Assembly: GCA_001643675.2 (NCBI GenBank)
Contig: LSRY02000020.1
Location: 930,001 to 994,000, forward strand
Length of the DNA: 64,000 nucleotides
Reading direction: 5' to 3'
From: Monocercomonoides exilis PA203
Taxonomy: Eukaryota; Protista; Preaxostyla
The notes beneath the pieces were generated by a model that made no database searches, was not told the origin of the DNA, and saw nothing but the letters and a program-made list of their open reading frames with translations. A program made the position numbers and the translations under genes. Below, piece after piece: positions 13,068 through 24,419 of the stretch (within the stretch, counting starts at the first letter, position 1; each line of letters starts with the position of its first letter).

Positions 13068-13937
13068 ATGAAGATTCGGAAGAGGATTGTGGCGGCGGTA
13101 TTGTGCGTTATAGCCAGCTTCTTTCTTATTAAGTCATATCTTCTTCCCCTTTACTGCACAAAGTGCCATCCCTGTCCCCCACCTACCCCCAAGTACCAAA
13201 AATGTGTAAAACAGCAAGCTCCTCGAGTGACTAGAGTTCTAGAGACAGCACAATATCTCTCTTTGACAAATAAAAGTCTTGCACGATTTGGAGACGGTGA
13301 AGTTGCACTTATTCTAAACCAAAAACTCCCATTCCAAGACCCAAATCCTGAACTTGGGAAAAGACTTGAGCAAGTATTTGTAGATGAGCTTCCTGACTTG
13401 CTAATTGGAATACCAGATGTATTTTCATGGTTTCCACCGATGAGTGAGCGAGATATTATGTTTTGGAATGGCTGGAATGAATTTCGGCAGTGGCTAATGG
13501 ATCACATCAGAATGGATCGCCAATATTTCGCGGCTCACATCACTAGCCCTTATGTATCCACTTCAGGAACATACTGCGAGTTACTCCCCCAAGTGTACTC
13601 TGCATTGCGAGATATATGGAGAGGAAAAGACGTTGTTATTGTTCGAGGAAATAACAGCCAAGTGTACAAATACGACATTTATGACACCGCACGCTCGCAA
13701 AAGGTCTTCTTCGCTCCATCAAAGCAAGTTTGGTCAGAATATGAAAACATTAAAAGCACTTTACTTAAAGAAGATCCGTCCAATCTATTTATTTTGGCAG
13801 TTGGCCCACTGTCAAAGGTTCTTGCTTATGATCTTGTAAAAGCTGGACGGCGTGCTCTGGACATGGGCCATTTAGCCAAGGATTATGACGCTTGGATGCA
13901 AAATTCCAAAGTAGATATTTCATTTTTCTTTGATTAA
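13068..13937 (+). CDS. GT-D fold (DUF1792-type) glycosyltransferase (copy 2)
   Basis: Protein identical to 8974-9843; ATG at 13068. Confidence 0.85.
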   Translation: MKIRKRIVAAVLCVIASFFLIKSYLLPLYCTKCHPCPPPTPKYQKCVKQQAPRVTRVLETAQYLSLTNKSLARFGDGEVALILNQKLPFQDPNPELGKRLEQVFVDELPDLLIGIPDVFSWFPPMSERDIMFWNGWNEFRQWLMDHIRMDRQYFAAHITSPYVSTSGTYCELLPQVYSALRDIWRGKDVVIVRGNNSQVYKYDIYDTARSQKVFFAPSKQVWSEYENIKSTLLKEDPSNLFILAVGPLSKVLAYDLVKAGRRALDMGHLAKDYDAWMQNSKVDISFFFD

Positions 13938-14001
13938 AACCTATATTATCCAAACATTTCATCATTTCCCATTATTCTTTTTTGATAATTTTTTGAGACA
14001 A

Positions 14002-14793
14002 ATGTTTCTGGCTTTTGTCCCTGTATTTTTCACGACACTTTTTGTTTTGTCAAATCAAATAATTCCAACCAAAGTTTACACATATACGAATGTGGAAATG
14101 CAGCCATCTATGGAGCATCTCCTTCAGAAAACAGCAAAAGAACTTTCACCTATTCCTGTCATCATGTTTAACAAACAATCCCTTCCATTCTATGCAGGAC
14201 AGCCAGAATTACCTCGTGATTTTGATTCACTTAATTTTACAATGCAGTCAATGGTATTGCAGCCACTTATTCTCGAAAAGTATGGTGGAGTTTGGATCGA
14301 CCAAAATGTGTTTGTGCGAAATAAGAAACTTGTTCAATCACTTGTAGACGAAGCAAATAAAGAAGGTGCTGATTGTTTGTGGACGAGTAGGATTACAGAA
14401 CAAGGAAACTATCCATTTAATGGAGTTGTTGTTGCACGCGCTCATTCTGCGTTGATGAAGTCCATCGCCGCAGAGCAACGCAATGAACCATTTCAAATGA
14501 CACAGAACAAAATGTTGCAATTCACATCTCAAAACGACAAAAAAGAAAAGATTATTGTAAAACCTATTGCGAACCGTTTTACACATCTGAAAATTGACTG
14601 CACAAACAGGGAGAACGCCTTTTCAGATTTAGAGAAACTCCGCAATAACGGAGCCTATGACTTAGTGCAAGTGGACTGCAAATTGAAGATGTTTTCGTTT
14701 CCTATTATTTTCATAGTTGTACTTCTACTTGCATTCTTTTTCAAATTTTATTCACTTATCCCGACTGCTCGGCACAAGAAATCTCTTTATTGA
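14002..14793 (+). CDS. GT32 / capsular-polysaccharide-synthesis-like protein (copy 2)
   Basis: Protein identical to 8118-8909; ATG at 14002. Confidence 0.7.
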   Translation: MFLAFVPVFFTTLFVLSNQIIPTKVYTYTNVEMQPSMEHLLQKTAKELSPIPVIMFNKQSLPFYAGQPELPRDFDSLNFTMQSMVLQPLILEKYGGVWIDQNVFVRNKKLVQSLVDEANKEGADCLWTSRITEQGNYPFNGVVVARAHSALMKSIAAEQRNEPFQMTQNKMLQFTSQNDKKEKIIVKPIANRFTHLKIDCTNRENAFSDLEKLRNNGAYDLVQVDCKLKMFSFPIIFIVVLLLAFFFKFYSLIPTARHKKSLY

Positions 14794-15038
14794 TCTGCAT
14801 TCTATTTATTCAATCATCTATATATATATGCTAAGCAGATTCAACACATACAGAATTTTATAATTTTTTATTATTTTTATCATTTGGTTTTTCGATAAAT
14901 GAATATTATTAGCATAAAAATTTTTTGAAAAATCCCGAGAGTTATTTTTTTTTTTTTTTTGCGGATATACGGCCTATTTTTTTTAAAATTGATGAGACGA
15001 ATGAAAAACGAATGATGCGAAAGATAAGTTGCATTTGT

Positions 15039-16981
15039 TCAATAAACGATGTAGCTCTCTTCTGCATCGTCATTCCACGGCGCATTTGCAGTCCACACGA
15101 CTATCTTTTCGCTTCTGAACGTCCTTCTGCAAACCGGGCAGCTCACACGCTTTTTGGCATCCTCCTCGTGCATCGCCTCGCCTGCATGCGGAAGATGCAC
15201 CCCGCTCCTCTGCTCCAGCCACTCTGCCAGGCAGTCTCGATGGAACACATGCACATCCCCAAAGAACCGCGCAAACTCGACTGTCACTGCATGCCGGTGG
15301 CGGGGCGGATGGGGGCGCCGGCGCTTGCGCATTGCCGAAGATGATGAAGATGAAGATGAAGAGGAAGAGGAAGAAGCAGAATCAGATGACGGATAGAAAG
15401 GAATGGAAGAGCGGGGAGATGGCTGGGTGGACGAAGAAACAGAAGCAGAAGGGACAGCCGAAGGGACAACCGAGGAAGATGCAGAGGGTGTGCTGGCTGA
15501 GGAAGGGTCGTCGCCAAAGGGCTTTTCCCAGCAGAAGCACACAAACTGCATCCCGTGGCGCACCTCGTCGTAGTCCCGCTGCGTGTCCATCTGCACTGCC
15601 TCCGTGTACTTCTGTGCAACCGCCAGCAGCCGCCGCAGCGTCGCCAGCAGAGGCGCCAGCGTCGGCACATCCTCTTTCCCTGTTTGTGTTCCTTCCGACG
15701 CCTGAGGCGGGTACGACGACCCAAACCGCCGCAGCAGCCGTGGCGGGTGCAGCGGGTGTGGAGGCTGCGTCTGGAACAGCAGCGCCGGCACCTCCGCCCC
15801 TCCTGCCCCTTCCAGCACATGCATCGCCACAAAGTTGTCCATCCTCAGCTCTGTCGCTTGCTCCCTTTCCCTCTCTCTTTCTCCCTCTGTCTCACCATCT
15901 GCTCCGTTCTCTGTGTTCTGGATCACATTCTGAATCGGCTGCAACCCTTCGTTCTCCTCTCCAAACACACCCTCTGCCTGCTGTTGATGTTCTGGCTGTG
16001 CTGCCATTGAAGCTGAACTTGTTGAATCTGTTGTGCCTTCCGACGTAGAAGTGGCAGAAGAGGAAGGAAGCAGACGAGCATTCAGGATGTCTTGCTCATA
16101 TGTCGGGTGCTGAGGAAGAGAAAGGGAGGGAGAGGGAAGCTGAGTGGGAAGATACGCAGGAGGCGGAGTCTCCCCAAACGAAGGATAAGGCGGAAACTGG
16201 GCACCACCAGCAGCAGAAACTGTGTTGTCTGTGGTTGAAGGCGAAATTGATGTTGATGATGAAGAGGATGAAGAGGATGAAGGTGTTGGGGTGTATGGTG
16301 GAGCAACAGCCGATGGGTGGAAAACAAGATCCATCTCATCCCCCACATTATCGTTCCCAACTCTTCCTTCATCATCATCATCATCATCACTTTCATCATC
16401 GTCACTTTGCCCAAACACATGGATGTTCTCATCGCTGACTGGATATCTGCTCTCTCCCCTTCCTCTCTTCTTCTCTCTTTCTCTCTTTGCCTGCCCTGCT
16501 CGCCTCAGCGCCTCGTTCTGTGCACGCAGCGAGTTCAGCGCAAGCGACGAGTCGAACTTCAGAACCGACGACGATGCTGACGACAGCACCGACCCAAACG
16601 CACTCACCATCTCCGACACAATCGTGTGCTCTGCCTCTTCAAACCGCCTGTCTCCTCCTGAAAAAAAAACAGGAAATGAAAATTTATTGATATTATTATT
16701 ATTATCAGCATCAGAACAATCACACCCTGCTTCGTCTTCTCTGCCCTCTCCAGCCGCTTTGCTGCGGCTGCTATCCCCATCAGCTCCTTCTCGCACTCCC
16801 GGAAGCTCTCCCGCAGCGACAGGTCCTCCGTCGACGCCTCCCACTCGCCCTCCCGCTGCTCCTTCCGATGCAGCGCCGCCGGGTAGAACGACGACAGCAG
16901 CATGCACAGCGACGTCACCGCAAACGACACCGTCCCTGCAGTCGGAAGGAAGAATAGTAGAGTTATATCTTTGATAATCAT
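15039..16981 (-). CDS. 5'-truncated duplicate of the RING-H2-like gene with an intact frame and a possible new ATG at 16981
   Basis: aaaATG at 16981 gives MIIKDITLLFFLPTAG...KTKQ; intron 16725-16658; the frame is then open through the RING to the stop at 15039 (ORF 15039-16907 has no frameshift). Confidence 0.55.
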
Positions 16982-17792
16982 TTTTAAAAGAACAATTTTT
17001 TGTGAGATTTTATTCAATGTGCAGAAAATCTCCTTCAACTCATTTGCTTTTTCATTAATCAAGATTAAAGAGTTAAAAACGAGCAATGTTTAATGAACTT
17101 TTTGTTAGATAGCTAAACATTCGATTTTGTTGGAAAAAATGTAGAATTGAGCCTTTTTCACACTAAAACATCATCATTCATACTCTGAATCAATAATTTT
17201 TATTTAAAAATAAACAGACGACACTTCAGCAAGATATCCATTACAACATCTTAGGTGAAAAATTTTTTGCTAGAATCTTTTTCATTTAGAAATAATATTC
17301 ATACCAGAGAAAGATGCTTGCATCGATATTCACACAAACAAAGCTGATTGAATGTTGCTCATTGAAGGTAAAGAAGACCACAAATGGTTCGATAGTTCAC
17401 AGTTTATATAATACGAAAATTTTGGAAGATTCAATGAAGAATGAGAATAGGAAGGAGAATATTGATAACTACGAAGAAGAGTCAAAACATTGAATAAGAA
17501 CAAATTGGACATTATCAGCTGATAAAGAACAAAAACGAATAAAAAACGAAACATTTTTTAAATTCAATAGAATAGGTTATTTTGATTGATTTGTAGTTCT
17601 TGCTGCATTAACATCACATCTTTGATGAAAATGCATCAAAATAATTACAATTTGTATTATTATTTTAATGATTTATCGTAAAATTAACCTATTTACCTTT
17701 TCATTCCATCAAGAATTAGTTTTCTTTTAATCAGAAATTTATTTTATAAATGGATCATTTTTTGTTTTATTTAAATAACAATTTCAAATTGT

Positions 17793-20734
17793 ATGAGCCT
17801 CTTCCAAAAGAAAGAAACTGTGTACGGGAAATCTGGTTGTTGTTACTATCGTGCCATTGTTATTGATATTCTAGAAAATAGGGGAATACCCTTGTATCGT
17901 CTTCATTACCACGGATGGTCTGCTTCGCATGATGAATGGGTTTCAGAAGATAACATCATAAAAAACACAAAGGAAAATGCAGAAATGGCAAAAAAATTAT
18001 ACAAGGATGAACTGAAAAAAGAACAAGAAGCGAAATCACATTCGAAAGCCAAAAAGAAATCTTCAATTACAGACATTGATAATTCTGTGAATGATGCTCA
18101 TGATAGCTTTCAATCGAAGTTTTCTAGAAAGTTAAAACCTTTACGTTTGCGTTCACTTTTTCACTTATTAAGAAACACATTCTTTTTCAGAGGAAGCTTT
18201 TCCAATCATAATGCCTGAACGACGTTCAGTAGATCCACCAAATGAAAATCAATCTATAATATCAACTCCACCGTTGCCAACACAAGAAATCGAGATAGAG
18301 ACGATGAAAGAGCCTCCAATCAACGATTCTCATACTGAAAAACAGGAAACCAATGATGTGGTCTTTGAAAAAAACGTAAAAGAAATTGTTAAAACTCCCA
18401 TGTTTCCATTATTGCTTAGGAACAGGTTATATGATGATTATATGAGTATGATGCAGGGAAAAGAAGTTTGCAATTTTCCATTTTTTTTAATGCAATGATT
18501 TTCCTAATATGTAAACAAAATTCAGTCTCAAATCCTTGTTCTTCCATGCAAACCAAATATCACAACAATCTTAAACTCGTTTATTGTCCACATTTCGCAG
18601 CAGATCCAAAAGGCGCATGAAGATTCCGATTCTTCTGAAAAGGACAGCAAAAGAAATGTTGATGCTGCGATAGGCTTTTGCGATGCGCTGAAGCTGTACT
18701 TCAACACGTTTCTTGGGCAGTTTCTGCTGACAGACGTGGAAGTTCTGCAGTATCACTGCATTGAATACTTTTTGATGGTTAACCGGATGAAAAAACTCGA
18801 AAGAGACAAAAACGAGCCAACTGTGGATTTGAAGAAAAATGCCAAAAGAAAAATCGAAGAAGAAAAAGAAGAAGACGATGCAGCGATCACAATTGAAAGG
18901 GAGAAAGAGAAAGAGAAAGAGAAGCTGTTTGAGAGAGAAGCAGAGGAAAAAGACTTATCTGCACATCCACTGGGTCTTTCTGCTTCTTCTGCTTCTGCTT
19001 CTGCTTCTTCTTCTTCAACATCTCCTTCTCCTTCTCCTTCTTCTTCTTCTGTTGTCCATTCTTCATTTCACCTTCCCGTCTTTTTGCAGCCCATCACATC
19101 GCTCTCTGCAAACGACCGCGCCGTTCTCTCTTCCTTCGAGTTTTCTCCCTTCTGCTCGCTTTCTTCGCTCTACGCCTCGTTTTCGTCGTCAAACTTCGAT
19201 CTTTCTTCGGTTGCGTCTCTTTTAGCGCTTTCATCTGCATCAGCTTCTGCGTCTGCGTCTGTATCAGAATCAGGTCAAATATCCGTTGCAGCACAAACAT
19301 TTCCCATGTCACCTTCTTCTTCTTCATTTCCAGAACAATCATCATCATCATCATCCACATCACCTCAAGTGGAATCAACTCAAAGCTCTTCAGAAGCATC
19401 TCTTTCAACTTCTTCCTCTTCTTCCTCTTCATCTTCCTCTTCAAACAAACCAATAAAAGACGATCCTTCATCCCCAGCCAACCAAAAGGGAACCATCTTT
19501 TTCGCGCCAATGCTCACTTCGCCTTCTCTTCCTCTTCCTTTCTCTCCAAATTGCCTCTCCCTTTGCGATGTCTATGGAGGCATTCATTTGCTTCGCCTGC
19601 TTATCAAACTCCCCTTTTTCATTAACAAGCTGAGCTCGTTGAAAGAAGCGGGGTTTGTGAGCAGCTTGGTGGAGATGGTGAAGGAACTGACAGAGTATGC
19701 GTAGAAATTAAGTTTTATTTATTATTTATTATTTATTTTAAGTTTTTAAGTTTTTAATTTTTAATTTATATTTATTATAATTTTATTCTAATTTCAATTC
19801 TTGTTTATATATATATATATATATAAATTCTTATTTTATTTTTTTCCAAAAATATTAATCGTATTTTTCAAACTTTTATGTTAACTTTTTCACTTTTCTT
19901 TATTTTTATTTTATTTTATTTTTTTTATGTTATTCCCTCCTCAGCTATCTCGCACTCTACGAAGCATACATATTTACAGAGAGCTATCTTCCGTATTCAA
20001 CGCTGTCTTCCTTCTATCTTTCCCTCCTTCGCCTCTGCCCGAACATCGAGAACGGCCATTTTTCTGTGGACTCTGCGGCAAAAAGTGTGAATAAATACGA
20101 AAATTTCGTTGAGAATTCAGCGCAGAAGAAAATTAACTTGAAAGACCCGAAATTGAACGAGGAGCAGAGCCCAAAAAAGGAAGAACCCAAAATTAAACAG
20201 AAGAAAGAAAAAGAAAATTTAACTCAAAAACACAAAAAATCAACAGAAAAATCCAAAAAACCCGAAGAAAAACCCGCTCCAAAGCCACAAAATAGAGTTG
20301 TCCGGAAGAAAAAAACAAGCATGCCCGTAATTTTTCCTGACGTTATTCCGGCAGGTCTCGTTGCGCCTCCAGTGCTCACATCTCTCTCAATATTCCCTTC
20401 CCCGCTGACTTCACCCGCCTCTTCTGCCATCCTCTCCCAATCGCACCCACACCTGTTCACACAGCCGCAGCAGGCTCCTCTTTCTGCGCAGTCGGCCCTC
20501 CAGGCGTATTCCCCTGGTTTTGCCGGCGCGCCTTCTTCGGCAAGTTTTTCCGGACAGTCTTCGCAAATTACTTTTGGGCCTTCTTCGCATAATTTCCCTC
20601 CGTATTCTCCTTATCCTTCTTATCCTTCGTATTCACCGTATTCTTCATATTCATCTTCGAATGTTCAACCAATGGCATCGAATCACACGCCTGTTTATTT
20701 CAGTTTGAATAATAATGGAATACAAAAGTCATAA
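17793..20734 (+). CDS. MRG15/Eaf3-like chromatin protein (chromo-barrel + MRG domain, with Ser-rich insertion), multi-exon
   Basis: YYRAIVIDI...YRLHYHGWSASHDEWVSEDNI (Tudor-knot chromo barrel). MRG-domain motifs LLRNRLYDDY, LPCKPNITTIL, LKLYFNTFLGQFLL...E..QY and DVYGGIHLLRLLIKLP. The last exon from ~19945 is in frame with ORF 20066-20734. Confidence 0.85.
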
Positions 20735-21230
20735 TATTTGCACATTAATAAAAGTTCAATTTTTTTTTTTTCAAATGAAAAAAATCAATAATGAAAAAAA
20801 AATATGTTTTTGAATGGTTATTTCGATGATTGTTTGAGCGATATATATTTTTTGTTCACATTTTGTTCGATAAATTGAAATGAAATTATTTCTTCCTTCT
20901 TTGTTTTGAATAGAGTTTTCATTTTCACTTAAAGAAGCACTATAGACTTTCATTTCTACATCTTTGCATCGATGTAATAATTATGTTTCTTTTTAATTTG
21001 AAGTCTTTTTATAATTTATTAAAAATTACTATCTTTCTTTCATTTCATTTTTATTTCGTGATTTTTTTTTTATTTTAGATAAAAATTGCTTTTGATCAAA
21101 AGATTGAACAAATGATTAAAAAAGAGATTTTAGTTGGAAGCCACAAAAAAGTACCAATATTTATTGTTAATGATTACGCGAGAAAGATAGAAATAAGAAA
21201 AAAACATTATTCCAATAATGACAAAAAAAG

Positions 21231-23291
21231 ATGACGGAATATTTAAATATTTTGGGTAATCTCCCCATTATTAGTTCTGTTTTCTCGAAAAGAACAGATC
21301 CAGACTTGATGTTGCGATCAAGCGTAGATTGCAGCCAGGGACAGCTTGGCGAGAGCCAAAGCTTTTTGCCCCCTGCAGCTGACAACGAATACGCGGAACA
21401 AGCAGCTCCCAACGATTTGGCGCCTTCGAGCGGGATGGAGCTGTGCCTGAGCAATGACAAGCGTAATATGCTGTCTCAAGGCGTATACGCGCAGAACATT
21501 GTTGAGATGATTCCATCAGAGGAGTTTTTCGACATTGCGGTGCACCAAGGATGCAGCGCAGAGGAGCGCAATGTGCCTGCTGGAGAGCTTCTCGTTTCAC
21601 GTGCTGCAAGACAGCTCTCGAGCTATCTGCGCTCGTCGCAGCAGGGCATGCAGGCATATATTCGGCAGATCATTCAACTGTTCCAACTCGACGAAGAGGT
21701 GCTGTTTCTTTCATTGCGAAAACCTTTTTTTCAAAATGTTTCATTTTTTTCTTTTTTTAATGGAAATCACTCGTTGCATTGCAGGTATTTTTGACAGCAG
21801 TGGTGATTCTGTTCCGCTATGTGAAATCAGCCAGTTTGCCATTTTTTAAATAATAATTTCAAAAACATATCTTTTGTGGATTGGTATGTTTCAGGGGCGT
21901 TTTTGAAAGTGAAGCAGGAGTCTGAGCTGTACTATCTGATCCTGCTGAGCGTGGTGATTGCATGCAAAGCGCTGCTGGACATCCCAATCAATTCGGGACA
22001 GATAGCGCGCTTCTTCCAATGCGATCCATCGAATGTGTTCAGAAACGAGGTGCAGATCATGAAGAGCCTGGGATGGTCGATCTTTTATGGAAGAGGAGAT
22101 CTGGAGGACGATGAGAAGGCGCTGGCGTTGGAGGCAAATGGAATTGTGAGCAGCAGCACAGGCGAAGAAGCAGAAAAGCTGCTGTTCCATCCACTGTCGC
22201 TGTCGACGATTGTTCCTGTGGATGTGTATCTGTGCCTGACATGTTCGAAGGAGAAGCCGTTCCTCCAGCTGGGGATGATGGTCAATGGGCAGCTGCGCCA
22301 GAAAAGGAAGAGGAAGAACGCAGGTGAGATGGGGATGCTATTGAAGTTTGGGCAGAGTGGTCTAACAGCGCTGCTGTTTCAAGAGGAAGAGCTGAACAAC
22401 ACACCATTGGGACAGAGTGAGTGGAGAGAAGAGGATGAGGAGGCAAACAGCGAGTCAGAAACAAATACAGAAGAGGATGCAAACTCATTGTCTTCAGATG
22501 AGTTTGGAGAAAACGTTGAGATGAATGCAATGGAATCGCCAGCCACAAAAGTTGAAGAAGAAGAAGAAGAAATCATTGTTGAGGTGAATGAAGTGAGTGA
22601 TGAGAGCGATGAATCAGAAGAAGAGGAACAAGAAAAGAGATTTGAAGAAAATGAGGAGAAAAGAGTTGAGGTGGAGATTGAAGAAGACGAAGTTGCAGAA
22701 ACAAAAGCATCAGAAACACAACCTTCTTCTTATCGTTCACACACGTCTTTGAAGAGCTGGGGAAGGCAGAAGTTGTCATTTGGTCTTCTCCTCATGCTGC
22801 TTGTTGTGGGAATAGCAGCATTTGTTATGTTGTGCTGTCCAATGATTGATGCTCCACACGCTCTGTTCACAAAACATTCAACACAAATCAATGGAAACAC
22901 ACAGTTTGAAGAATATCAAGGCAGATTTGATGAAGTGAGACAGGCAGCTGAAGTTCAACTTAGCAAAAAGAATGGAGAGCTTATGTTGCTGGCAGTTAAC
23001 ACAGGAAAGGAGGAAAAGAGCGAAAAGAGCAAAGAAAGCAGCGAAGGAGAAGAAAAGAAGAAAGAGTCGAGCGGGGCATCATTCAGCATCGAGACAGTGT
23101 TCTCGACTGTGATGATTGCTGGATCGAGTCAGTTGGCGTCGGTGCTGATGGTCTGCACGAGCTGTGCATCGTCAGCGTTTGGAGTGGAAACGGAATGGTC
23201 TTCGACGTTTGTGTCGTCTGTTGCAGTCACAGCGACAGCCACACAGCAAGTCTCATTCAATTCTGTGGGGATGGTCTTGGTCATGGCATAG
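21231..23291 (+). CDS. Cyclin-box-like protein with acidic linker and a predicted transmembrane segment (intron ~21700-21894; start uncertain)
   Basis: YIRQIIQLFQLDEE then LYYLILLSVVIACKALLDIPINSGQIARFFQCDPSNVFRNEVQIMKSLGWSIF resembles the cyclin N-terminal fold (ACK, E..IL..L.W). TM-like FGLLLMLLVVGIAAFVMLCC. Confidence 0.6.
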
Positions 23292-24419
23292 ATATGCTTT
23301 GTGTGTTCTCCTTTGCCACAGTCGTTTGCATATTTTATTTTTCCTATTTTTTAAGTTTGTGCTGCGGCTGAAGAGGAGAAAAGAGGAGAAAAGAAGGGAA
23401 GTTGGAAGTGAAAATGATGAAAGATGTTGACGAATGTAAATATCACTTTTTGATTGTTTTTCCTGTCGAGGTTATTATTGCGTAACATTTTTTTTTCCGT
23501 GCCTTTTTCTTTTTTTACACTCTTTTTGTATTATTTGCTTTTATTTGTCTTTTATTGCCATTTCCACTTTTTTTTAAACATCTTTTTTGGATTCTCATTT
23601 CTTCTATGATGAGTTATAATCAAAGAATCACACTCATTGAGTTTTCCCCTTCCTTTTCTTTTGCTTTGAAAAATGCGTATTTCTTTTATAATTGTGCTGT
23701 TTCTGCCTTTTGGTGAGCTCAAATCATTTTATTTTTGAAAATTTCTTCTTTTGCTGCAACAATCAATTTTGGAGGGCAATGTTCACAAGAACTGAAAGAA
23801 AAAATAAATAGCAACAGAAACGAGCAAAACATTAACCAAAAAACACAAAACTCAAATCACACTAACAATGAAACATTTAACATCTAACAAAAAACAAATT
23901 TCAGGATGATTGGTAAGAGCTTATGTCTCAAATTTGACATGCAACTGAACAAAAACATGCTTACAGCTTAAAATTATATCTTTTATCAAGCATTTGCATC
24001 GGCATTCTGCTCCTTGAATTTTTTCTTTAATTGTTGTTTTTCCGCTTGTTCTCGAGCCAAAAACAGGTTTTTCATTGACGCAGCTGAAAACAATATTCTG
24101 CGCAACAGAGGCACAACATTACTCGCAACAAGCAGAGATATCCTCAGAGATTTTCACAAAACATCTTTTCATCGGTCGCTGTGCCCCGAGTCCAAAGGTT
24201 GTTGGCTGCAAATCAATCATCAAAAGCATGTCCGCACAATGCCAAAGCGTCCAGGAGTCGTTTGGACGACGGAGAAGCGGCTGTAGTGAGAAGCAGTGTT
24301 GGATTTAGAGCTTCAAACGAAATTCAAACTATGGAAAAAAGTTTGACTTGATGCTTTTTATTACATTTGTGAAGGGGCAGATCAACTTTGGAAATTTGAA
24401 CCTGAAAACATAAAATTTA

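Larger units (their letters stand above)
5949..16963. repeat. Giant inverted duplication (palindrome): arms ~5949-11439 and 11470-16963, 30-bp spacer 11440-11469
   Basis: Identical ORFs mirrored on opposite strands (8118-8981/13930-14793; 11052-11318/11591-11857). Centre reads ...cttcactgaaatg [aaaataataacatagcaaaggttctgtttc] catttcagtgaag.... Outer identity ends at ctattcttccttccga (5955) / tcggaaggaagaatag (16957), extendable to 5949/16963 with one mismatch. Confidence 0.97.

Noticed and set aside
13930-13937. Bacterial-style translational coupling (8-bp ORF overlap) of the two glycosyltransferases
   Set aside because: The overlap depends on a TTG start from the ORF caller; the plausible ATG (14002, or 8909 in copy 1) leaves a 64-bp gap.
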